This document shows positions 9,367 to 18,689 of a DNA stretch of 64,000 nt, piece by piece (positions within the stretch are counted from its first letter, which is position 1; the number at the start of each line of letters is the position of its first letter). The translations under genes and the position numbers were made by a program. Origin of the DNA: an uncultured Erysipelotrichaceae bacterium (GTDB taxonomy: Bacteria; Bacillota_I; Bacilli_A; RFN20; CAG-826). The notes under the pieces are model-generated. The model was not told the DNA's origin. It saw only the letters and a list, made by a program, of their open reading frames with translations, and did no database searches. The stretch is taken from positions 3,727-67,726 of the forward strand of contig CAMGZU010000001.1 of NCBI GenBank assembly GCA_946183085.1, read 5' to 3'.

Positions 9367-9395
9367 TTGCATTGGCTCCCTATACTACGTATACT
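9367..9395 (+). promoter_or_regulatory. Sigma-A type promoter of rpsD (TTGCAT-17-TATACT) with a ~150-nt leader
   Basis: The -35 TTGCAT lies at 9367-9372 and the -10 TATACT at 9390-9395. The long structured leader is consistent with S4 autoregulation as known in Bacillus; this was not folded here. Confidence 0.55.
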
Positions 9396-9549
9396 TTCAC
9401 TCGCGTAAAAGGCAGCATGCCCCTACGCTTCCGTCCGACGTTGGAGACAAATCTAAAGTAAGCCTAGAGCTCCTTGGCCGAAACGATCCAACACCCGGGA
9501 AGATGGGAGAGGCACCTATCTTTGGAACGCAAAGAAAGGAGACATAACT

Positions 9550-10155
9550 ATGTCTAGGTACACCGACAGCATCTGGAAAAAGAGCCGTCATCTCAATTTC
9601 TCCGTCCTCGAAAATGGCGAAGAGCTCAAAAAGCGCCCGTATGGCCCGGGTCAACATGGCCAGGATCGCAAGAGGAAGCCGTCCGAATACGGCATCCAGC
9701 TTCTCGAAAAGCAGAAGCTTCGCACCCTCTATGGCGTCAACGAACGTCAGTTCCGCCGCCTCTTCATGCTCGCGAAGAAAGACCCGACCGTCACCGGTCT
9801 CGCCTTCTTCCGCATCTTAGAGAGCCGTCTTGACAACCTCGTCTATCGCATGGGCTTTGCCCGCACCCGCGCTGGTGCCCGTCAGCTCGTCAACCATGGC
9901 CATATCTTGGTCAATGGCAAGAAGGTCGACATCGCTTCTTACCTCTGCAACGTTGGCGACGTCATCTCCCTCAAGGAGACCTCCCCGCTCAAAGTCGTCA
10001 AGGAATCCCTCGATTCCAAACCCGCGACCGTTGGCTACGTCACCGTCGACGCCGAGAAGTTCTCTGGCACCTTCACCCGTCTTCCGGAACGCAACGAGCT
10101 TTCCCAGGACATCCAGGAATCCCAGATCATCGAATACTACAACAGGAAACTCTAA
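9550..10155 (+). CDS. rpsD: 30S ribosomal protein S4
   Basis: MSRYTDSIWKKSRHLNFS...YGPGQHGQ..KPSEYGIQLLEKQKLR is the S4 signature. Confidence 0.95.
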   Translation: MSRYTDSIWKKSRHLNFSVLENGEELKKRPYGPGQHGQDRKRKPSEYGIQLLEKQKLRTLYGVNERQFRRLFMLAKKDPTVTGLAFFRILESRLDNLVYRMGFARTRAGARQLVNHGHILVNGKKVDIASYLCNVGDVISLKETSPLKVVKESLDSKPATVGYVTVDAEKFSGTFTRLPERNELSQDIQESQIIEYYNRKL

Positions 10156-10171
10156 TCCCCTGCTATGGTAT

Positions 10172-10198
10172 GGCCCCGAGCAATCGGGGCCTTTTCTT
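10172..10198 (+). terminator. Intrinsic terminator after rpsD
   Basis: GGCCCCGA-gcaa-TCGGGGCC is followed by TTTTCTTT. Confidence 0.7.
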
Positions 10199-10229
10199 TC
10201 CTCTTTTGTTTTTTTTGACACTTCTTTTC

Positions 10230-10258
10230 TTGCGTCTACGCGCGCGTGTTAGTATGAT
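10230..10258 (+). promoter_or_regulatory. Candidate promoter TTGCGT-17-TATGAT for the feoA-like gene
   Basis: The hexamers lie at 10230-10235 and 10253-10258. The 5' UTR contains the hairpin AAGCGTG..CACGCTT, and there is no SD before the ATG at 10295. Confidence 0.45.
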
Positions 10259-10294
10259 TAGGCAAAGCGTGTTAGGCACGCTTAACTTCCCACA

Positions 10295-10510
10295 ATGTTA
10301 CCGTTAATGATCGCCCCGGTTGGGCAAGAGCTCACCATCATCAAAATCGTCGGTTCGCCCGATCGAGCAAAACACCTCCATACCCTAGGCTTCACAAGCG
10401 GGCAAAAGGTTGAGGTGCTGCAGCAAGATGGCAAAGCCGTCGTCGTTAAAATCTTAGAAAGCCGCTTGGCGCTAGACCGCTCCACCGCTTCCTCCATCTT
10501 CGTCGAATAA
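10295..10510 (+). CDS. FeoA-domain protein (stand-alone)
   Basis: GQELTIIKIVGSPDRAKHLHTLGFTSGQKVEVLQQDGKAVVVKILESRLALDR shows the FeoA/SH3-like pattern. No feoB is present in the window. Confidence 0.7.
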   Translation: MLPLMIAPVGQELTIIKIVGSPDRAKHLHTLGFTSGQKVEVLQQDGKAVVVKILESRLALDRSTASSIFVE

Positions 10511-10577
10511 CTGGGTTCGCCCAGTTTTTCTTTATAAGAAAAGCGGATGGCCAAGCCACCCGCTTGCTTTTTTGCGA

Positions 10578-11828
10578 TTAGAATTCGCCAAGATAGTAGT
10601 TCTTTTTGCCTCTCTTCAAGACGATGTATTTGCCATAAAGGGCATCGTCTTTGCTGATCTTTCTGGCAGGGTCGGTGACCTTCACGCCGTTTAAGGAGAC
10701 GGAGTTGCCGGTAATGAAGGTTCTTGCTTCGCGCTTGCTGGAAGCCCCGCCTAAGGCGATGAGGAGTTCTTCAAGGAGCATCTCCCCTTCGATTTTCTTC
10801 TTGAGGGAACCGAGGACTTCCTCGATCGCGGACTCGCTGAGCTCGGCGACGTTGCCGCTAAAAAGAGCTTCGCTCATCTTGACGGCTTCGTTGGCCTTTG
10901 CCTCGCCATGGATTTCCTTGACGACTTCAAAGGCGAGTTTCTTCTGGGCGATTCTCGCGCCCGGGGCAGCGAAATGCTCCCTGGCGATGTCTTCGATCTC
11001 GTCGTGGGAAAGGAAGGTGAAGACCTTGATGTATTTGACCGCGTCTTCGTCGGTGGTGTTCACCATGTATTGGTATAAGGCATAGGGCGAGGTGAGCTTT
11101 TCGTCGAGGAAAAGCGCGCCTTGCTCGGATTTGCCGAACTTCTTGCCATCGGCCCTCGTGATCAAATGGGCGGTCATCGCCTCGGCTTCGGCGTTTTCCC
11201 CGTCGATTTTGCGGATGAGCTCCATGCCCGAGGTGAGGTTGCCCCACTGGTCGTTGCCGCCGATCTGGATCTTGCAGCCGTATTCGTGGTTCAGACGGTA
11301 GAAGTCGATGGACTGAAGGATCTGATAAGCGAATTCGGTGAAGGAAAGCCCCGCCTCCAAACGCGAGGAGACGATTTCCTTCGAGAGCATGTAATTGATC
11401 GAGAAGAACTTGCCATAGTCGCGGAGGAAGTCGATGGTCTGCATGTTGCCAAGCCAGTCGTAGTTATTTAACAGCAAGCCCTTTTCGGGGTCGGAAAGAT
11501 CAAGGAAGCGTTCCAGTTGTCTGCGGATCGATTCGGTATTGGCCGCTAAAGTCTCCTTGGTTTGGAGATTCCTCTCTTTGCTTTTGCCCGAGGGATCGCC
11601 GATCATGCCGGTCGCCCCGCCGACCACCGCGATGATGCGGTGCCCCGCTCTTTGGAGACGCATCAAAATCGAGATCATGACGAAGTTGCCAAGATGCATC
11701 GAAGAAGCCGATGGGTCAAAGCCGCAATAGATGGTCTGCTTGCTCTCGAAGAGTTTGCGGACCGCTTCTTGATTTGAATATTGTTCGATCAATCCACGGT
11801 AATTGAGATCGTCGATAACGTTTTCCAT
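10578..11828 (-). CDS. tyrS: Tyrosine--tRNA ligase
   Basis: The HIGH-type motif SSMHLGNF, KFGKS (the KMSKS equivalent) and a C-terminal S4-like domain are present. Confidence 0.95.
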   Translation of the reverse strand: MENVIDDLNYRGLIEQYSNQEAVRKLFESKQTIYCGFDPSASSMHLGNFVMISILMRLQRAGHRIIAVVGGATGMIGDPSGKSKERNLQTKETLAANTESIRRQLERFLDLSDPEKGLLLNNYDWLGNMQTIDFLRDYGKFFSINYMLSKEIVSSRLEAGLSFTEFAYQILQSIDFYRLNHEYGCKIQIGGNDQWGNLTSGMELIRKIDGENAEAEAMTAHLITRADGKKFGKSEQGALFLDEKLTSPYALYQYMVNTTDEDAVKYIKVFTFLSHDEIEDIAREHFAAPGARIAQKKLAFEVVKEIHGEAKANEAVKMSEALFSGNVAELSESAIEEVLGSLKKKIEGEMLLEELLIALGGASSKREARTFITGNSVSLNGVKVTDPARKISKDDALYGKYIVLKRGKKNYYLGEF

Positions 11829-11910
11829 AAGTGTTAACTCCTACTTGCGCCCGCTTACTCTACCACAACGCAAGAAAAAGTGGCCGAAAAGATGAAGATT
11901 TCATCTTTGG

Positions 11911-11945
11911 AGAAAGAAAAACGCCCCGCGTTTTCACGCGAGGCG
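11911..11945 (-). terminator. Intrinsic terminator after groEL
   Basis: The minus strand reads CGCCUCGCG-ugaaaa-CGCGGGGCG (9 bp including one G-U), followed by UUUUUCUUUCU. Confidence 0.8.
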
Positions 11946-11957
11946 CCTTCGATTCGA

Positions 11958-13580
<1,623 letters not shown>

Positions 13581-13597
13581 TCAAACTACCTTCTTTC

Positions 13598-13879
13598 TTA
13601 TTTGCTGACGACGGCGATGATGTCCTCGCTCTTGATGAGGAGGTATTTCTTCTCGCCTTCTTCGTATTCGGTTCCGCTGTATTCGCGGTAGATGACCTCA
13701 TCGCCGACTTTGATGCCTTCGATGGGGAAGAGTTTGCCCTCTTTCTTTTCGCCTTCGCCTAAGGCGAGGACGCGGGCAACGTTGCCTTTCTTCTCTTCTT
13801 TGGTGAGGAGGATCGCTCCCACCTTCTTCTCAGAGACTTCTTTCTCCAAGAGGACGTAATCATGTAATGGTTTGATCAT
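13598..13879 (-). CDS. groS: Co-chaperonin GroES
   Basis: MIKPLHDYVLLEK...GAILLT... runs for 93 aa directly upstream of groEL. Confidence 0.95.
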   Translation of the reverse strand: MIKPLHDYVLLEKEVSEKKVGAILLTKEEKKGNVARVLALGEGEKKEGKLFPIEGIKVGDEVIYREYSGTEYEEGEKKYLLIKSEDIIAVVSK

Positions 13880-13928
13880 GAATTTTTTCTCCTTTCGGAT
13901 GATTGCAAGGAATATGGTAGTCTCTTTT

Positions 13929-13955
13929 TTGGCACTGTCAACACGTGAGTGCTAA
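13929..13955 (-). promoter_or_regulatory. CIRCE (HrcA operator) upstream of groES
   Basis: The minus strand reads TTAGCACTC-N9-CAGTGCCAA. The consensus is TTAGCACTC-N9-GAGTGCTAA, so the left half is perfect and the right half has two mismatches. Confidence 0.8.
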
Positions 13956-14094
13956 AAATTTTTTGTTCTTAGGATTCCAGCAAAAAAGCCCCGGAAAACC
14001 AGGGCCTAGATGAGGATTGAATTTCGACCAACGGGGTAATGGCAGTAAAAAATGGACTTCGTAACTCCTTAATAAAAAAGGTGATATCCTTGGT

Positions 14095-15243
14095 ATGTCC
14101 ATAAAGATAACAACCATGTTCAATATCCACGATTTGAAGCGCGACCAGATGATGTTGACTGGCCGCTTCGCCAAAAAAGGCTATGACTGGTGGTGGCATT
14201 CCTTTACCGCCATCAACAAGAAGACGGGCGAAGAAGCCCCTTTCTTCATCGAGTTTTTCTTGATCAACCCTAAGCTTGCCAAAACTTCTCCGACCCTTGG
14301 CCAAGATCCGGAAGGCAAAAAGCCATCCTATTTGATGGTTAAATGCGGCAAATGGGGCGAAGGAAAGAAGCAGCTTCACCGCTTCTACTCCTGGAAAGAA
14401 ATCCAAGTCCACGCCAAAGAACCCTATTCGGTGAACGCGAAAGAATGTTTTGCCTCCGAGACCTCGCTTCATGGCCACGTCAAAGTGAGTGAGGAAGACC
14501 TCGCCGCCCATCCTGGCATGATGAGTGACGTCGGCGAGATGTCTTTCGACCTCAAAGTCGAGAAGAAGATCGCCTTTAACGTCGGTTATGGCGCCTCTTC
14601 GCTTTTCCGTTTCCTAAAGGCCTTCCAGATGTATTGGCACGCCGAAGGGATGAAGACGCTTTACGAGGGCAAGATCACCTTCGATGGCGAGGAATACATC
14701 GTCAGCAAGGATTCCTGCTATGGCTATGCCGACAAGAACTGGGGCAATGGCTTCACCACCCCCTGGGTCTGGCTCGCCTCCAATAACCTTTATTCGAAGA
14801 AACTTAAAAAGAAACTAGAGAACTCCGCCTTTGATATCGGGGGCGGGAAACCAAAAGCCTTTGGCATCTCTTTGCCAAGAAAACTCTTGGGCGTCTTCTA
14901 TTACGAAGGGGATGAGTCTTACGAATTCAACTTCGCCAAATTCTGGATGGGGATCAAAACCGTCTTCTCTGGAAATCTAGAAGGCGAAGAGTTCGTCTGG
15001 CACGTCCGTCAAGAGAACCATAAGCGCGCGATGGAGACCGAGATCCGTTGCAAGGTAAAGGATATGCTCTTCGTCAATTACGAAGACCCCGAAGGCGTCA
15101 AACGCTTCCACCACCTCTATAACGGCGGGAATGGCTATGGTACCGTAAAACTGTATAAAAAGGAAAAGAAAGAATGGCGGCTCGTCGATGAAATCGAAGC
15201 CAAGAACGTCGGCTGCGAATATGGCGAATTCGACGCGGAATGA
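14095..15243 (+). CDS. Tocopherol-cyclase-like family protein (function unknown in bacteria)
   Basis: GYDWWWHSF and YADKNWGNGFTTPWVWLASNNLY resemble the tocopherol cyclase signature (E/D-K-x-WG-x-x-FP-x-x-W-x-W) as I remember it. The family call is tentative. Confidence 0.5.
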   Translation: MSIKITTMFNIHDLKRDQMMLTGRFAKKGYDWWWHSFTAINKKTGEEAPFFIEFFLINPKLAKTSPTLGQDPEGKKPSYLMVKCGKWGEGKKQLHRFYSWKEIQVHAKEPYSVNAKECFASETSLHGHVKVSEEDLAAHPGMMSDVGEMSFDLKVEKKIAFNVGYGASSLFRFLKAFQMYWHAEGMKTLYEGKITFDGEEYIVSKDSCYGYADKNWGNGFTTPWVWLASNNLYSKKLKKKLENSAFDIGGGKPKAFGISLPRKLLGVFYYEGDESYEFNFAKFWMGIKTVFSGNLEGEEFVWHVRQENHKRAMETEIRCKVKDMLFVNYEDPEGVKRFHHLYNGGNGYGTVKLYKKEKKEWRLVDEIEAKNVGCEYGEFDAE

Positions 15244-15250
15244 TTCGCTC

Positions 15251-15279
15251 TTGCAAAAAGCTGAAATCTTGCTTAAATA
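15251..15279 (+). promoter_or_regulatory. Promoter TTGCAA-17-TAAATA driving the T-box leader
   Basis: The -35 lies at 15251-15256 and the -10 at 15274-15279. Confidence 0.5.
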
Positions 15280-15289
15280 GTCACGTCAA

Positions 15290-15540
15290 AAGCAACGAAG
15301 GGAAAGAGTAAGCCTTACGAAGCGCATAGCGAGCCCCGGACGGTGGAAGCGGGGTTGTGGAAGAAGGCCGAACATGGTCCCGGAGCTGATCCGGCGATAG
15401 GTAGTCGGATTCGGGTTCGCCCGTAATCGCGAAGGAGTGTGATGGCACTCAATAAGGTTAAGGCGGCGACGCCTTAATGAAACAAGGTGGTAACACGTGG
15501 CAATGCCCCGTCCTTGTAACGACAAGGGCGGGTTTTCTTT
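15290..15540 (+). promoter_or_regulatory. T-box riboswitch leader (probable Met specifier) controlling metNIQ
   Basis: Several T-box elements are visible:
- the Stem I S-turn AGAGUA (15305-15310)
- the AG-bulge-like AGCGAG
- the distal GGUGGAAGC
- a specifier loop ..GAACAUGG.. (AUG at 15374-15376)
- the T-box sequence AACAAGGUGGUAACACG (15481-15497) with UGGU at 15488-15491
- a terminator CCCCGUCCUUGU..ACAAGGGCGGG + UUUUCUUU (15505-15539). Confidence 0.8.
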
Positions 15541-15562
15541 ACCCTCCCAGAAAGGAGAAAGG

Positions 15563-16546
15563 ATGAATCAGATCGAACTGCGCCACATCAAAAAATCCTT
15601 TGACGGCAAAGCGGTCCTTGATGACGTATCGCTCAATATTGAGCAAGGCGACATTTATGGGATCCTTGGCCTCTCAGGCGCGGGCAAAAGCACGTTGGTC
15701 CGGATCATCAATGGTTTGGAACGTCAAGACGAAGGCGAAGTCCTCTTCGAAGGAAAGACCCTTTCCTCCCCGAGCAAAGCGATTGAAAGAGAAGAACGCA
15801 AAGACATCCAAATGATCTTTCAATCCTTCAATCTCTTGGAGCAATCGAGCGTTCTCAAAAACGTCGAGCTTGGCTTAAAGATTCAAGGGGTTCCGCGCAA
15901 AGAACGCCGGGAAATCGCTTTAAAAGCCTTAGAGCGCGTTGGCTTAAGCGAGAAGGCAAACGAATACCCCTCCTTGCTTTCGGGCGGTCAGAAGCAGCGC
16001 GTCGCGATCGCAAGAGCCATTGCGTTAAAACCGAAAGTCTTATTAAGCGACGAGGCCACTTCCGCCCTCGACCCCGAGACCACTTCCTCGATCCTCGCTC
16101 TCTTAAAAGAGCTCAACGCCGAGCTTGGCATCACGATCATAATGATCAGCCATCAGATGAACGTCATCGAGGCCATCTGCAACAAGGTTGCGATCCTTGA
16201 CCAAGCAAAGCTTGTGGAATCCGGGTCTTTGAGCGACGTCTTCCTTAGCCCGAAGACCAAGATCGGGAAATCGCTCATCTATTCCAATCACGTCAATACG
16301 GCCTTGGAAGAGCAAAAAGGCATCCGCTTGCTCTTTGATGGCACGACCGACGAACCCTTAATCGCCAACATCGTCCAAGACTGCTCCTTGTTGGTCTCTC
16401 TCGTCTACGCGGACACCAAGGTGATCGATGGCAAAGTCTATGGGCAAACGATCATCAAGGCGCCTTCGAAGAAGAAAGACCTTGAGAAGCTCAAGAAATA
16501 CCTCACCCTGCATGAGGTGAAATTCGAGGAGGTGGGCATCCAATGA
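15563..16546 (+). CDS. metN: Methionine-type ABC transporter ATP-binding protein
   Basis: Walker A GLSGAGKST, LSGGQKQRVAIARA and a C-terminal NIL domain are present. The ATG at 15563 follows the SD AAAGGAGAAAGG. The ORF-track start at 15497 would lie inside the T-box terminator. Confidence 0.9.
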   Translation: MNQIELRHIKKSFDGKAVLDDVSLNIEQGDIYGILGLSGAGKSTLVRIINGLERQDEGEVLFEGKTLSSPSKAIEREERKDIQMIFQSFNLLEQSSVLKNVELGLKIQGVPRKERREIALKALERVGLSEKANEYPSLLSGGQKQRVAIARAIALKPKVLLSDEATSALDPETTSSILALLKELNAELGITIIMISHQMNVIEAICNKVAILDQAKLVESGSLSDVFLSPKTKIGKSLIYSNHVNTALEEQKGIRLLFDGTTDEPLIANIVQDCSLLVSLVYADTKVIDGKVYGQTIIKAPSKKKDLEKLKKYLTLHEVKFEEVGIQ

Positions 16547-17217
16547 ACTGGTCCGAAGTCTTCGTTGCCCTCGGCGAGACCCTTCTCGTCGTCCTCCTCT
16601 CCACCGCGCTAGCGTATTTGGTGGGTCTGCCGCTTGGGGTCTTGCTCCATGTGACGAAGCGAAATGGCTTAAAGCCACTCCCCGTCTTAAACGCCATCCT
16701 CTCTTTCTTCGTGAACGTCTTGCGTTCCATCCCCTGCCTCATCGTCGTCGTCTTGTGCCTTCCGATGGTCCGCGTCTTCTTCGGACGCGGCACGGGCGCA
16801 TGGTATACGATGCTCATTCCCCTCTTCTTCTCGAGCTTCGCCTACGTCGCCCGCGTCGTCGAGCAATCCCTTGGCGAAGTCGATAGTGGCAAAATCGAGG
16901 CCGCAAAGAGCTTGGGGGCCTCCACCTGGCAGAACATCTTCTACGTTTTGCTCCCCGAAGCCAGGGTATCGCTCCTAACGGGCTTGACCGTCACCGCGGT
17001 CAACATTCTCGGCTACACTGCTTTCGCCTATAATATCGGCGCGGGTGGCATCATCGCCTACATTTGGAGCTACTACACCAGAAACACCGGTTCCTTCCAG
17101 GAATCCTGGGAGTTCTGGATCCTCATCCTCTTGACCGTCCTCTTGGTTCAGCTCATCCAGGAAGTCGGGCTCCGCATCGTCAAAAAGAGCGACAAAAGAA
17201 AGGCCATCTCCCAATGA
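16543..17217 (+). CDS. metI: Methionine-type ABC transporter permease
   Basis: It is a five-TM MetI-like permease with the EAA-type loop (..EAAKSLGAS..). It overlaps both metN and metQ. Confidence 0.9.
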   Translation: MNWSEVFVALGETLLVVLLSTALAYLVGLPLGVLLHVTKRNGLKPLPVLNAILSFFVNVLRSIPCLIVVVLCLPMVRVFFGRGTGAWYTMLIPLFFSSFAYVARVVEQSLGEVDSGKIEAAKSLGASTWQNIFYVLLPEARVSLLTGLTVTAVNILGYTAFAYNIGAGGIIAYIWSYYTRNTGSFQESWEFWILILLTVLLVQLIQEVGLRIVKKSDKRKAISQ

Positions 17218-18035
17218 AAAAATCCCTGTATCTCCTCTTGCTCACCCCGCTTCTTCTATCAGGGTGTGGCAAGCAACCCGCTTCCTCTTATCTTGATAAA
17301 GACGCGACGTTTTGCATCTGCTCGGACGTCTCCAACGAAGTCCGCGCCCTCGACCTCTTGGTCAATTGCGGCGTCATCTCGTCCTATGAGACCAAGCAAG
17401 ACGGCACGCCGATCAACCTCCCCTTCCGGATTTCGTTGATCGATGAATCGCTCCTCGTCTCCGCGCTTCCGGACTTCGATTATGGCGTTTTGCCCTGCAA
17501 CACCGCCTTGACCGGCCGTTTGGTCGCCGATACTTCGCTCCCCTCCGAATCCGATGAGGTCGCGGATTTAAGGGCCAACGTCTTGGCATGCCGCACCGCC
17601 GGACTGAGCGACCCCGAATACGCGAACAAAATCGCCGTCTTGACCGAAGCCCTCCTTCAAAAAGAGACCGCCGACTTCATCCAGACGAAGTACTCTGGCG
17701 TCGTCAAAAGCGAGCAGGCCGACTTAAGAAGCGATAAGATCGCCTCCAAAGCGGGAAATGGCGTCATCAAAGTCTGCGCTTCGGAAGTCCCTCACAAAGA
17801 GATCCTCACCTCTTCCGCCGTCACCGATTACGTCTCTGAGAAAGGCTACCGCCTTGAAGTCACCGTCTTGGATTGGACGTTGCAAAACGAATCGGTCGCC
17901 AAAGGCGATTACGATGCCAACTACTTCCAGCACCGCCCCTACTTGGCTACCTATAATGGCGATAGCGAGAAGCTAAGCGCCGCCTGCAAAGTCCACTTCG
18001 AGCCCCTTCGCATCTATCGGGGTCGCGGCAAGTAA
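17214..18035 (+). CDS. metQ: MetQ/NlpA-family lipoprotein (substrate-binding protein), apparently circularly permuted
   Basis: It has a lipobox LLLSGC. The ATG at 17214 overlaps the metI stop. NlpA-family motifs are present but in swapped order (see the findings). Confidence 0.8.
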   Translation: MKKSLYLLLLTPLLLSGCGKQPASSYLDKDATFCICSDVSNEVRALDLLVNCGVISSYETKQDGTPINLPFRISLIDESLLVSALPDFDYGVLPCNTALTGRLVADTSLPSESDEVADLRANVLACRTAGLSDPEYANKIAVLTEALLQKETADFIQTKYSGVVKSEQADLRSDKIASKAGNGVIKVCASEVPHKEILTSSAVTDYVSEKGYRLEVTVLDWTLQNESVAKGDYDANYFQHRPYLATYNGDSEKLSAACKVHFEPLRIYRGRGK

Positions 18036-18049
18036 GAAGCAAACAAAAA

Positions 18050-18077
18050 AGCGACGGAGGTCGATCCGTCGCTTTTC
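18050..18077. terminator. Bidirectional intrinsic terminator between metQ and the convergent PH-domain gene
   Basis: AGCGACGGA-ggtcga-TCCGTCGCT is flanked by an A-run on one side and a T-run on the other. Confidence 0.75.
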
Positions 18078-18079
18078 CT

Positions 18080-18685
18080 TTATTCGCCTTTCGGCTTTAG
18101 ATAGGTCTTCACCTGCTTATATAGCTCATAAGGCTCATCCACGTGGTAGAAGCCAAAGGCCAACGCATGCCCATTTCTTTGATCGTAGATCGGGCTAGAG
18201 GCCGAGCCGAAGATGAGGGTCCCGGTATTGGGGTGGCAGAATTTATCCAATAAACCCACGCGGACGGCGGAGGCGGAGACGTCTTCGAGGTGGAGCGATT
18301 TGTAATCCACCCCAATGAAGCCGCTACGGACCATAAGGCGCTTGTTGGTGACGATATAAAGGGTCTTCGTGTAACGGACGCTCCCGACGATCATGAAGGA
18401 AAGGGCCATGAGGAGAGCGACGCCGGCGAAAACGAATAAGCCGATCGGGAGGACCCAGTCCTTGTTGCCGGATTCGTCGGTGACGCGGATGACGTCGATG
18501 GCGCTGAGTAAGCCAATAAGGAAACTTGGGATCATCGGGATGCCGGTGATGAAGAAGATCAAAAGGATGTTAAGGGTCACAAAGCGCTTCTTGTTGGGCT
18601 TAATGGAGACGACGATGTGCTCCCCTTCGTCGAGGATCGCTTTGACGTCTTCGAGCATTTGCGCGTTTTTTTCCATGATTTTCAT
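18080..18685 (-). CDS. Membrane protein with a bacterial PH (bPH_2, YdbS/YdbT-like) domain
   Basis: Two TM helices are followed by YIVTNKRLMVRSGFIGVDYKSLHLEDV, the typical bPH core. An alternative ATG at 18676 has better SD spacing. Confidence 0.7.
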   Translation of the reverse strand: MKIMEKNAQMLEDVKAILDEGEHIVVSIKPNKKRFVTLNILLIFFITGIPMIPSFLIGLLSAIDVIRVTDESGNKDWVLPIGLFVFAGVALLMALSFMIVGSVRYTKTLYIVTNKRLMVRSGFIGVDYKSLHLEDVSASAVRVGLLDKFCHPNTGTLIFGSASSPIYDQRNGHALAFGFYHVDEPYELYKQVKTYLKPKGE

Positions 18686-18689
18686 CCTC

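Noticed and set aside
15373-15375. CAU (His) as the T-box specifier codon.
   Set aside because: Counting directly after GAA makes CAU possible. However, the UGGU acceptor-pairing sequence implies a discriminator A (tRNA-Met type), the AUG register puts the conserved purine next to the basal helix, and the operon is Met-transporter-like. I keep it as a caveat only.
15286-15562. The ORF-track ORF 15286-15525 (minus strand) and the N-terminal extension of metN starting at 15497.
   Set aside because: This region is occupied by the T-box leader and its terminator. The SD-preceded ATG at 15563 gives a canonical MetN N-terminus.
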